DNA of 64,000 nucleotides, taken from positions 124,001 through 188,000 of IMG/VR virus record IMGVR_UViG_3300028862_000012; one strand, written 5' to 3'. Positions 31,866 to 41,853 of this stretch are shown piece after piece (positions within the stretch are counted from its first letter, which is position 1; each line of letters begins with the position of its first letter). The notes under the pieces were generated by a model that was not told where the DNA came from, did not search any database, and saw only the letters and a program-made list of their open reading frames with translations. The position numbers and the translations under genes are program-made.

Positions 31866-33086
31866 ATGAAACAAATTATAACCAGTTGTTTAGATACTGA
31901 TTTATATAAGTTCTCTCAAGGCCAACTATTTATGCATCAGTTTTCCGATATTGAAACTGAATGGACTTTTAAATGTCGTAGTGATGTATTTTTTACTCCT
32001 GAAATGGTAGAAGAAATTAAATTACAATTAGAAGCATATTGCAATTTGACTTTTACTAAAGATGAACTTAATTATTTATCTTCAACAAAATGGTTATCAA
32101 AAGATTACATAAGCTTCTTATCTGTATGGCATCCATTGTTTGAACATTTTACTATCAATACTAATAATAAATGTGGTTTAAATATTGTAACTCGTGGCCC
32201 TCAGTTTTTAATAAGCTACTATGAAATTCCTGCACTTGCTATTATTAATGAAGTATATTTTTATTATAAGTACAAAGATACTTATAGCAAACTTGAAAGC
32301 TCTTTTAGATATAGGTTATCTGAAAAAATAGATTCATTAGAAGCCAAAGAATTCTGTATAGGAACTTTTTCAGAGTTTGGAACGCGCCGAAGACTGTCTA
32401 AAGATATACAAGAGTATATGCTTATAAAACTTACTGAAAATTTTAATTCTGAATATGAAGATAATAACTTATTTGTGGGTACATCAAATGTATTTTTTGC
32501 TAAACAACTTGGAATAAAAGCAATTGGCACAATGGCTCATGAATCTGTAATGGTAATTGGACAAGGTTATTCAGAGTTTAATCCAGCTTATAGTAATGCT
32601 CGTATGATGGAAGCATGGCATAAAGAGTTTGGAACAGAGCTTGGTATTTATCTAACTGACACTATTACTACAGATTGCTTTTTGAAGGACTTTGATAAAC
32701 TGAATGCAACACTGTTTACAGGAGTGCGTCATGATAGTGGTGATCCCTATAAATGGGGAGAAAAAATAATAAAGCACTATATTGAATTAGATATTGATCC
32801 TCGTACTAAGACACTGCTATTTAGTGATAGTCTAAACTTTGAAAAAGCAGATAAATTATACAATGCTTTTAATAACAGAATACAGGTTGCTTTTGGAATA
32901 GGAACTTATTTATCAAATGATACTTTTGTAGACCCATTAAATATTGTTATGAAGATAACAGAAGCTAACGGAATTCCTGTTTGTAAACTATCTGATGATA
33001 TGGGTAAGTTTATGGGAAAGAGCGAACAGTATCTAAATTATCTACAGCGTTCTATTGATTGGAGAATTAATAATGAAAGTAAATAA
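31866..33086 (+). CDS. pncB: nicotinate phosphoribosyltransferase
   Basis: LDTDLYKF, YEIPALA, SEFGTRRR, GTSNV, GTMAHE, LTDT, GVRHDSGDP, FSDSL, FGIGT, LNIVMK, KLSDD.GK. Confidence 0.93.
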   Translation: MKQIITSCLDTDLYKFSQGQLFMHQFSDIETEWTFKCRSDVFFTPEMVEEIKLQLEAYCNLTFTKDELNYLSSTKWLSKDYISFLSVWHPLFEHFTINTNNKCGLNIVTRGPQFLISYYEIPALAIINEVYFYYKYKDTYSKLESSFRYRLSEKIDSLEAKEFCIGTFSEFGTRRRLSKDIQEYMLIKLTENFNSEYEDNNLFVGTSNVFFAKQLGIKAIGTMAHESVMVIGQGYSEFNPAYSNARMMEAWHKEFGTELGIYLTDTITTDCFLKDFDKLNATLFTGVRHDSGDPYKWGEKIIKHYIELDIDPRTKTLLFSDSLNFEKADKLYNAFNNRIQVAFGIGTYLSNDTFVDPLNIVMKITEANGIPVCKLSDDMGKFMGKSEQYLNYLQRSIDWRINNESK

Positions 33087-33583
33087 AGAAGTAATTTTAA
33101 ATCCTGTTATTGATTTAAGTTCAGGTAACGGATATTGGTTTTATAATAGTAAGTATGAATTATATTTTGTAGGTGTAAAAGATATTAAGCATAATTATCA
33201 TTGTAGATATTTTGAAAAATATGATAGTACTGATTTAGTTCAAATATTTTCTGATACTGAATTACTAAATGTATTAAAACAATGTATGATGAATGCAGAA
33301 GATAGCAGTAATAAAATTATTATTTATACTTCTAATGCTAAGTTTACTTCTATATTAAACCTTAAATATAGTGAAGGATTTTGTTTTTTCAAAATAATTG
33401 ACTATGATAAAATTAAAGAATATTCTTGTGGTGGAAATATTCAAGTAAATAAATATGAAAAAGTTATTAATAACTATCCCGTTATAAATATTTATGATAA
33501 CGATAATATGTTTTCTCATTGGCATAAAAATACATTAAAAGATAGTGTAGTAGAAACACTATTAAAGTTGATAAGGTAATAGT

Positions 33584-34033
33584 ATGAAATATAGCTCAAT
33601 AGAAGATACATTAAAGCATAAGCAAACAGTTACAAAGTACTTGAATATAATTATAAAGGAGCTAATTAAGCGATCAGAAGAACATGATAATAGTAAAATG
33701 GAAATAGGTGAAGTAGAATATTTTGATATTTATACACCAAAGCTTAAAGATGTTACTTATGGAAGTCCTGAATATAATGAAATGCTTAAAGAACTAAAGC
33801 CAGCCTTAGATCATCATTATGCAAATAATAAGCATCATCCGGATCACTTTGCTAATGGGATAAGTGATATGGATTTGATTGATTTAATTGAAATGGTGTG
33901 TGACTGGAAAGCAAGCTCTCAGCGTATGTCTGATGGAAATATATTGACTTCTATTCAAAAGAATCAAAGTAGATTTGGGTATGATGAACAATTAAATAGT
34001 ATTTTTATTAATACAGTAAAAAGGTTTGAATAA
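33584..34033 (+). CDS. DUF5662-like HD-related protein
   Basis: KHKQTV, EHDNSK, HHYANNKHHPDH, DLIEMVCDW. Confidence 0.7.
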   Translation: MKYSSIEDTLKHKQTVTKYLNIIIKELIKRSEEHDNSKMEIGEVEYFDIYTPKLKDVTYGSPEYNEMLKELKPALDHHYANNKHHPDHFANGISDMDLIDLIEMVCDWKASSQRMSDGNILTSIQKNQSRFGYDEQLNSIFINTVKRFE

Positions 34034-36904
34034 AATGAAAGAAATCACTTATGAAGAATTTGAAAAACTTATTACTCCTTTGATCGATTATCATAATCAA
34101 ATGGCAGTAGTTGATGATAGCCTGTCTGCTATTTTTCCAGAGTCACGACCTTTTACTGAATTAGGACTAAATGTAGAAAAAGCTTACTTGGAATTAATAA
34201 ATAAGTACTTGGATAATCTCTATTGTGATGAATGGATTAGCTATTTTATCTATGATTGTGCTATGGGTAAAAATCCTATGGAAGTAAGCTATAAAAATAG
34301 TAAAGAAAAGAAAGTAAAATATAGCATGAAAGATATTAAAACGTTGTATAAAGTTATTTATAGTAAGTGAGGTTATATGAAATTATTTGATGTTAAAGTA
34401 GGATCAATGCATTATGGGATAGCTATAGGAATCAGCAAAGAGGCGGTGCAGGATTACTATAATGCTTTGCATACTGTTGATTTTTCTATTGAAGAAATAA
34501 CAGATACAAGTGTACTTCCTAATGTAATGGAAATAAAAATTACTCAAGCTATAAAGGAAAAGTATAAATAAGGAAAGGTTAATATGGCTAAGACAAAAAC
34601 AAAATTAAATCCTGATATTATTTTGCAATGTAGGAAATGCGATCATCTATTGTATATTGATATTAAAAAGTTTATGACACAAAATATAGATAATCTACCT
34701 GATTGCGATGAATGTGGTGAAGAAGGAAATCTTAATTGGATTGTGGTACGTAGTGGAAACTTTACTAAAGACTATGGAATAAAAAATAATGAAGAATAAA
34801 ATTTTAATTATAGGTATAGCAAGTCTATGCCTTTTTTCAGGTTGCAAATATAAAAGTCTATCTGATGTAATTATTCCCTATACTATGTTATATAATGCAC
34901 CAACAGAATTAACTATTAATAATTCAAATTATGGTACTAATTATTCTTATTATTTTATTAAAAGAAATTCTTATTTTATAAGTATCGATGTTCGTAAAAA
35001 CTTATTTGGGTACTATGTATATTCTGAATATATAAAAAAGGATGGTATTATTACTTATGAAAATAAGCACAATATTATTTCTTATAAAAGTATAACTATA
35101 GAAAAGGATTATACTAATGATTGAAAAAATTGATGGTTTTGGTGAAGATATGTTTGAACTAGTTTGTGATGTCTGTGGAGATACAGCAGATATTCCTTTT
35201 GAAAGTTTTTATGATGCAGTAAGTTATAAAAAAGATAAAGATAATGGATGGACAAGCAGGTGTATAGATGATGAATGGGAAGATCGTTGCCCAAGTTGTA
35301 CTTAAAGGATTATATGAGTAGAACAATAGAAGTATCTGATGAACAGTATGAGTTACTTAAAAGTTTTAAGTCAATGCTTGTAGAACAAGACGTAAGATGT
35401 ACCAGCGATCCAGTATATGTCATTGAAGAAAATAAAAGAGTATACGGTGTAGAGGAAAATTATAGTACTGGCTTTGTTTGGTATGTCGATGCTGACGATG
35501 AAATAGAAACAAACTTAGAATTATTTCAAATGGTTTTAGAAAACTGTAAAGATACCTTAGTTAGTCTTTGGAAAGAAAGTAAAGAAACAGAATGTGAACC
35601 AACAGAAGAAGAGCTAAAGCAAAGTTTTTTAGATGATATAGAATATTGGGATGATGGCTTTATTTATGAAAAAGTTCTTGATAATTTAGCAATATCTAGA
35701 GTTTATTATAGAGAAGAGCATAATATTTCATCATCTAGTGCAGTGTTTAGTTTGTTTGAAAAAGATGCCAAAAATTATTGTAATCATGATAGTGCTAACT
35801 GGCATACCTACGCAGTAAGTAGTTATAGATCGAAGCATATGAATGAATTGCGGAAGTTACTAATTGACTTAAAGCTGGAATAAATATATTATGAATAATA
35901 AAAGAATTTCTACTTTTGTAGATAACGAGTGGTATGCTTTTTATAGGGATGTTGATAAAGATTACATTTGTAATCAAAGTATACTTACTATACTAGAACT
36001 ATTTTACAACTACCTAAATGACAAGTCAGAGTATTGTAAAAAGCTCATGGACTACTACAATTTAATTTCAGATAAATATAAAGCTGACTATTGGAAAGAA
36101 AGATACGAAAAGGAAATAAAATGATTTTAAAAGACTATCTAGAAAATACCTATACAATAGGCGAATTAATAATGCTTGATGATTGGTTTAATGGTGATGA
36201 AAATTATTCTACTTGGTGCGAAGTTTGTGTTACTTCCATAATGAAAGGAACAGATTTTGATGATTTAAAAGAAATCTGTGTATGTGTAAAAACATTAATT
36301 ATTAAAAAACTAAAATATGCTTTATCTAGTATTCATGGTAGTGAGATATACTTTAAGGAACAAATATGAGTAAACAAGCTGATTTATTTAATCAGTGGAA
36401 ATTTGAATGTGATAAAATGAAAAACACAATTAATGTTATTCAAAATGACTTTGACAGAATGCTTACAGACGGTAGTTGTACTAAGCAGGATATAGAAAGT
36501 TCCATTAACGATTTTAAGGAAATGTTTAAATATAATATTGCTAATTTTGAAGAACTAGAACAGCATGTTTGTGAGTTGCTATGGGAGAAATCAAGATGAA
36601 TAGTGAACCAGTGGATAACAGTGAAGTAGTACATAGCCTCTTTGGTACTAAAAAAGAAGTAATAAATAATCGTGAAATTTATGGTGTTGATATAGGCGAT
36701 GTATACTATCATTATGAAACTATAGGAAGTGTCTATTGGGGTATGAAGAAGTTCACAATTAAAAAAGTTGGAACAGGTTGTATGTGTTATACTCCTTTTT
36801 ATGTTGAACTTGAATTTACTAATAATGATGGAGAAATAAGTTGTCATCATGTTAGTTCAGAAGAATTAGTTAAAGATTTTTCCGTAACTGAAAAAGAAGC
36901 ATAG
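34026..36904 (+). other. run of small hypothetical genes, several with CxxC Zn-ribbons
   Basis: about nine packed ORFs incl. 34584-34799, 35117-35305 (CDVC..CPSC), 35275-35883. Confidence 0.55.
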
Positions 36905-37011
36905 ATTAAATATAGTAAACATATAGATAGAGAAATACTTCATTTTAAAAAAATTATTGAAGATTATAATATATCTAAGATAGAAGTAGAAAATAAAATT
37001 AAGGAGTTAGT

Positions 37012-37914
37012 ATGAATATAGAATTTTATGGAGTACGTGGTAGTTATTCTGTTCCCGGTTTATCTACTGTAAAATATGGTGGTAATACAACTTGTGTTAG
37101 TATTTCTACAGTATATAATGATAAAATAATTCGTATTATTATAGATAGTGGAAACGGCATAATTCCTTTGGGCAAAAAAATGATTAATAATTATTTTGCT
37201 AAAAAAGAAAATCTTATAGCTACCCTTTTGTTTACTCACTTGCATCCAGATCATACACAAGGATTTCCTTTCTTTTCACCTAATTTCTTTTCAAACTGTG
37301 AACTACACTTAATGGGAATGAAAACTTTAAAAAAGAATATTGGAAATATCTTAGAACAAGATATGAACCAGCCTACATTTCCCATAGAATATAAAGATTT
37401 AAAATCAAAGAGATTTCATTATGAAGTAGTTGATGGACAAACTTTTTATATCGATATTACTGGAAAGCCCATAATGATAAAAAATGAGCAGGCCTTGTTT
37501 GAAGTAAAAATTATGCAGTCATATTCACCGTCCCATCCACAGCAGGGTGCAGATTATTATAGAATAACTGAATTATTGTCTGGTAAAAGTGTAGCGTGTA
37601 TATGGGATTTGGAGTCACACTATGGTGGTGATAAGCGCGTTATTTCTTTTGCAAAAGATTGTGATATAATGATTCATGATACACAATATACAGATGAAGA
37701 ATATAATAATGATAAAATAGTTGTGCAAGGTTTTGGACATTCTACTTATTCAATGGCTATTGATAATGCTACTCAAGCGAATGTAAAAAAATTAATTTGT
37801 ATGCATTATAATCCAAACCATTCTGATGATACACTTGATAAAATTTCAGAATCATTAATTAGTAAAGATTTAGAAATAGTATTTTCAAAAGAAAATATGG
37901 AAATAGAAGTTTAA
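37012..37914 (+). CDS. metallo-beta-lactamase-fold hydrolase (RNase Z/phosphodiesterase-like)
   Basis: FYGVRGS, YGGNTTCV, DSGNG, THLHPDHTQG, HDTQY, GHST, HYNP. Confidence 0.9.
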   Translation: MNIEFYGVRGSYSVPGLSTVKYGGNTTCVSISTVYNDKIIRIIIDSGNGIIPLGKKMINNYFAKKENLIATLLFTHLHPDHTQGFPFFSPNFFSNCELHLMGMKTLKKNIGNILEQDMNQPTFPIEYKDLKSKRFHYEVVDGQTFYIDITGKPIMIKNEQALFEVKIMQSYSPSHPQQGADYYRITELLSGKSVACIWDLESHYGGDKRVISFAKDCDIMIHDTQYTDEEYNNDKIVVQGFGHSTYSMAIDNATQANVKKLICMHYNPNHSDDTLDKISESLISKDLEIVFSKENMEIEV

Positions 37915-37924
37915 GGAGTAAAGC

Positions 37925-38535
37925 ATGGGAATGGATAAAGATTGTGAGAAAGCAGAAGGATCAATATCTTTATTGTTAAAAGATATTTTTAGTGCATTGA
38001 AAGAATCAGACGCGATTATTAGTAATAGCTATGATAGGTTTCATGATGTAATAAAGAATGTTCCTGATACAGAGGCACCTAATGAAGAAAAAAGGCTGGA
38101 GAAAGAATCATATTTAGCTGAAAGTCTTTATAAAATCAAAGAAGAAATAGTTAGAATAAATAATTGTTATATTGATTTTAATTCAAAATGTGATTTGTAA
38201 ATTAAGGTGCTATTATGGATTTTTCAGCATTAGACACAGAGCAGAAGGAAAAGCTTGATACTACACTACAGGCTTTTTATGAGTACAAAGTACTTGCACG
38301 AGACAACACAGCAAGTGCAAATGAATTGATTAGTAATCTTATTGATGATTTTATTCCAAAGATTGAAAAAGGCACTAAAGCAAGTAGAGCAGATAAGGAA
38401 AATAATAAGCAGGAGCGAAAGGAAGCAAAGCAGACTATTGGCGATATCGTTCGTGAATTCATGCGCGAAAAGGATAGTAAGCCCGATACTACTCCTGAAG
38501 CTAGACAGGCTTATGAAAATTTGAAAAATAAGTAA
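37925..38535 (+). other. two hypothetical genes (37925-38200, 38215-38535)
   Basis: ORFs with RBS. Confidence 0.55.
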
Positions 38536-38602
38536 AACAGTGTATGTAAAAATATCTATGTAAAAAAGTTTTTATTCAGAATATGTTTTATAAGGAGTTT
38601 AT

Positions 38603-39040
38603 ATGAAAACGGAAAATGAGATTAAGCGTGGGATTAAAACAACTATTAATCCAATGATGAGAAAGCTTTCTGAAAGTTTTTATTCTGGAAGTAGTCAATT
38701 GAAGTGTAAGGAACTTTATGATGTAGTTAAGTCACAGCTTAAAGCTTCTGATTTTATTAGTCAGCAGAACATTATTGAATATAAAGGGTATAAGCTTAAA
38801 GTTCGTTTTGCAGGTCAGAAGAATTGGTGATTTTCTCAGGTCTATGATGGGAACTTTTATGACTATGATCTTTATATTCGATTCTTTAATAATGAAGATA
38901 AAGGTGTATATCTGATTAATAAGGACTATTTTAAATCATTAAAGGGAAGCAAGGCTCATGCACCTTGTAAAACTATAAAATCTTTTAATCCATCAAAAAG
39001 TGATAGAGAAGATATTGTAACTATGTATAAGGTATGTTAA
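38603..39040 (+). pseudogene. nuclease-like gene interrupted by an in-frame TGA
   Basis: frame continues past TGA 38828-38830 for 69 sense codons (FSQVYDGNFYDYDLYIRF...) to TAA 39040; sits directly upstream of MTase. Confidence 0.55.
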
Positions 39041-39053
39041 TATAGGAGACATT

Positions 39054-39836
39054 ATGATAGCGGATAAGTTTTACACTGATCCGCTTTTAGCAAAGCATTT
39101 AATAGAAGTAACTAATTCAAAAATAGATTTTAGTAAGTTTGATGTTCTTCTTGAGCCTTCTGCTGGAAGTGGTAGTTTTTATTTTAATTTAGATAAATCT
39201 AAGCGTTTAGGATTAGACTTGTATCCTGATGCAAATGAAATACTTGAGCAAGATTTTTTTACTTTTAAGTATGATAGTAATAAAAAATATATAACAATTG
39301 GTAATCCTCCCTTTGGAAGAGTAAGCTCTATGGCTGTAAAGTTTTTTAATACAGCAAGTAATTTTTCAGAGTATATATGTTTTATAGTACCTCGTACTTT
39401 TAAACGAGTGTCAGTACAGAATAGATTAAACTTAAACTTTCATTTAATCTATGAAGAAAATATTCCTGCTAATAGTTTTACCCCTTCTATGAATGTAAAG
39501 TGTGTGTATCAAATATGGGAACATAGAAAGCAAAAAAGAAACATAGTCATTCTACCAAGTTTTACTAATGATTTTAAATTTGTTTCTATAGCTAATAAGG
39601 ATAATGCTGACTTTGCTATGTTGGCTTATGGGGGAAAATGTGGAAGAATAGAAAGAGTTATTCCTACTACCGGCTTGCGTAGTTGGCATTTTATAAAAGT
39701 AATTAATGATAAAAATGTAGAAGAAATCATAGCAAGACTGAATAGCTTAGATTATTCCATTTGTGAAGATACAGCGCGACAAAACAGTATTGGGATGAAA
39801 GAAGTTTGTGAATTATATAATAATAAATATACATAA
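39054..39836 (+). CDS. N6-adenine DNA methyltransferase
   Basis: KFYT, LLEPSAGSGSF (motif I), IGNPPFG (motif IV), FIVP. Confidence 0.88.
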   Translation: MIADKFYTDPLLAKHLIEVTNSKIDFSKFDVLLEPSAGSGSFYFNLDKSKRLGLDLYPDANEILEQDFFTFKYDSNKKYITIGNPPFGRVSSMAVKFFNTASNFSEYICFIVPRTFKRVSVQNRLNLNFHLIYEENIPANSFTPSMNVKCVYQIWEHRKQKRNIVILPSFTNDFKFVSIANKDNADFAMLAYGGKCGRIERVIPTTGLRSWHFIKVINDKNVEEIIARLNSLDYSICEDTARQNSIGMKEVCELYNNKYT

Positions 39837-39864
39837 TAAAAAAGTTTATAACTATTAGTTAGTA

Positions 39865-39969
39865 GGGGTATATTTGGTTATCGATTTAGTGGTTGATTGA
39901 AGCGACGAAAGGCCCATATTACGAAAGCTTAGACTGCTAAAGACCGGAGTTCAAATCTCCGATGCTCCA
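39865..39969 (+). ncRNA. mini-tmRNA: tRNA-like domain only, no tag ORF
   Basis: acceptor GGGGTAT/ATGCTCC-A with G3-U70; 13-nt stemless D-loop ATTTGGTTATCGA; helix TTTAGTGGTT/GACTGCTAAA; GAC linker; T arm CGGAG-TTCAAAT-CTCCG; CCA not encoded. Confidence 0.8.
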
Positions 39970-39991
39970 ATAAAGTATAAAAGGAATAGTT

Positions 39992-40672
39992 ATGATTTTA
40001 CAAGAAAAAGAGTTTGAAATTACAAACAAAGATTTACAAGAAAGTTTTCCAGAATTATATGAAAAATATAAAGAAACCTTTGGTAGTAAGCGCCCTGATA
40101 TAAGCGTAGAGATACAGGATGAATATAACTTTCATGTTTCTGTAACTGATTGGCAATCTGATTACTGGAATCCAGTTATTTATTTCTTTTTGCATGATGG
40201 TAAAGTTGCTTATTTTGATGCAGGAGTAGATGGTGGAAAGGGTAATTTTCCTTTTGGAAAGTATAAATTAGGTGATTCAGATGCAATATTAGAATGTTAT
40301 ACTAAAAGTTTTAATCGTTGTAATCTAATAGTAAATAGTCATTTTATAAATAAACAAGCATTACCCGTATCAGAAGATTTAGACTTTGCAGAAGAGTATG
40401 TTTTGTGTTTAATGCATATGTATAAAGCAGCATTTAGACGTAAGAACTTTTTAAGCTATATTTATGATGGTAATTATACTGTAGATAATTGGAAACGTCC
40501 TATTAAGGAAGTGAAAAAAGCTGTGTTACAGTATGGAAACTACAAAGATGAAGCCTATGATGCAATATTACTTTCGTTGCAGATGAAAGATTTAGTTGTA
40601 ATAAATAGTGCAGGAAGTTCAAGACTTACAAATAAAGGAACAAATATAGCTATTCAATTGAACGGAAGATAA
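39992..40672 (+). CDS. hypothetical protein
   Basis: 226-aa ORF with RBS AAGGA, follows mini-tmRNA. Confidence 0.7.
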   Translation: MILQEKEFEITNKDLQESFPELYEKYKETFGSKRPDISVEIQDEYNFHVSVTDWQSDYWNPVIYFFLHDGKVAYFDAGVDGGKGNFPFGKYKLGDSDAILECYTKSFNRCNLIVNSHFINKQALPVSEDLDFAEEYVLCLMHMYKAAFRRKNFLSYIYDGNYTVDNWKRPIKEVKKAVLQYGNYKDEAYDAILLSLQMKDLVVINSAGSSRLTNKGTNIAIQLNGR

Positions 40673-40693
40673 ATATTTATACTCATATTTTTA

Positions 40694-40738
40694 ATCCCTT
40701 ATAACTATTATAGTGACACATTATAATTTATAAGGGAT
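40694..40738 (+). promoter_or_regulatory. RBS-occluding hairpin containing TAACTATTATA motif
   Basis: ATCCCTTATA (40694-40703) pairs with TATAAGGGAT (40729-40738, contains AAGGGA); motif at 40702-40712. Confidence 0.6.
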
Positions 40739-40747
40739 ATTTATTTT

Positions 40748-41494
40748 ATGGACTTAGACTTTTTAAAAACTCCGTGGGGATTTGGTAGTGTAACAGTAGT
40801 AACAGCAGGACTTTGTTTTATTTTATATCGTGTTGGTTATATAGCTTTTGGAAAGTTTCAAGCAGGTAGAAAAGAAAAAGAAAAAGAAATATCTCCTCAT
40901 GCTAGTTGCCCTCATTCAAAGGACATTATGGATATTATACATCGAACGGCAGATCATTATGAAAAAGTCCAGAACTTAAAATCCTCTATAATTAAAGAGC
41001 AAATGAGATACTATGAAGAGATTGAAGAAGAAGTATTAGGACATTTAAAACATATCTTTACAAAATTAATATCAAATAAATTATCTAATAATGAGCAGTT
41101 TATTACTCATTCTGATTATGGCTACTATATGCTTATTTTAAAAGTTATATTTTCTGATTTAAAATCCTATGTTAGAAACTTGTTTTTAGTTAATCATTAT
41201 ATAACCTATTCAATAGAAGATCAGCAAGATTATATTGAAAAGAAAAAAACTATTATAGTACAGAAAATATCAGAATCCATAAATGACTATTGGCGTGGAT
41301 CATTAATAACATGCACTGAAATTTATGAAAAAAATAAAGAACAATTATCTTTTTTTGAAAGTCAAATAAAAGATGTTTTTAATCGAGCATTCTTTACTGC
41401 TCGTGAAGTTAATACTGCAATAATTAAAATGGAAGAAAGTTATCAGAATTATATAGATTCTATAGTTGGAGTTTCTGATGAGAATAAGGAGTAA
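40748..41494 (+). CDS. membrane-anchored protein (holin-like candidate)
   Basis: single N-terminal TM segment then basic patch and helical soluble domain; heads the tail-fibre cluster. Confidence 0.35.
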   Translation: MDLDFLKTPWGFGSVTVVTAGLCFILYRVGYIAFGKFQAGRKEKEKEISPHASCPHSKDIMDIIHRTADHYEKVQNLKSSIIKEQMRYYEEIEEEVLGHLKHIFTKLISNKLSNNEQFITHSDYGYYMLILKVIFSDLKSYVRNLFLVNHYITYSIEDQQDYIEKKKTIIVQKISESINDYWRGSLITCTEIYEKNKEQLSFFESQIKDVFNRAFFTAREVNTAIIKMEESYQNYIDSIVGVSDENKE

Positions 41495-41496
41495 GA

Positions 41497-41853
41497 ATGT
41501 CAATAATTATAGATGATACATTGTCTGGTAACTTAACATTTAATTTAGCAAGTGGCGAAGAAAAGTATATACAAGTTAACAGTAATATATATTCTTGTAT
41601 TTTATCAACAAAGATGTTAGATAGTGGAGCAACATTTAGCTTAAAAAGTGCAATGGAATCTTCCGAATTTATAAAAGAAAATAATTTAGAAGCAAGTGAT
41701 ATTCAATGGGAGAATATAAAGATAGAAGGAATAGAATATACAGAGGTAACTGTAGATATACTTTCTATAACCTTTTTAAGTCCAAGTATTTTATATTTTA
41801 AAAATACTTCAGCAACTCAAATAATACGATTTTCTTTACGGGGGATTAGATAA
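41497..41853 (+). CDS. hypothetical, probably virion-associated
   Basis: beta-rich 118-aa ORF coupled to the tail-fibre-like gene. Confidence 0.45.
   Translation: MSIIIDDTLSGNLTFNLASGEEKYIQVNSNIYSCILSTKMLDSGATFSLKSAMESSEFIKENNLEASDIQWENIKIEGIEYTEVTVDILSITFLSPSILYFKNTSATQIIRFSLRGIR

Noticed and set aside
9131-38830. stop-codon reassignment (in-frame TAG at 9131, TGA at 38828)
   Set aside because: many genes end in TAG or TGA exactly at the next gene's start (e.g. 22545, ATGA overlaps), so the standard code fits and these look like local lesions
39902-39940. tag reading frame GCG ACG AAA...TGC TAA (ATKGPYYESLDC) in the mini-tmRNA
   Set aside because: runs into the 3' strand of helix 2, lacks an upstream resume context and has no Ala-Ala-type degron end
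39865-39969. ordinary tRNA-Ala or intron-containing tRNA
   Set aside because: no D stem and no anticodon arm; D-loop, helix 2 and GAC linker match tmRNA architecture
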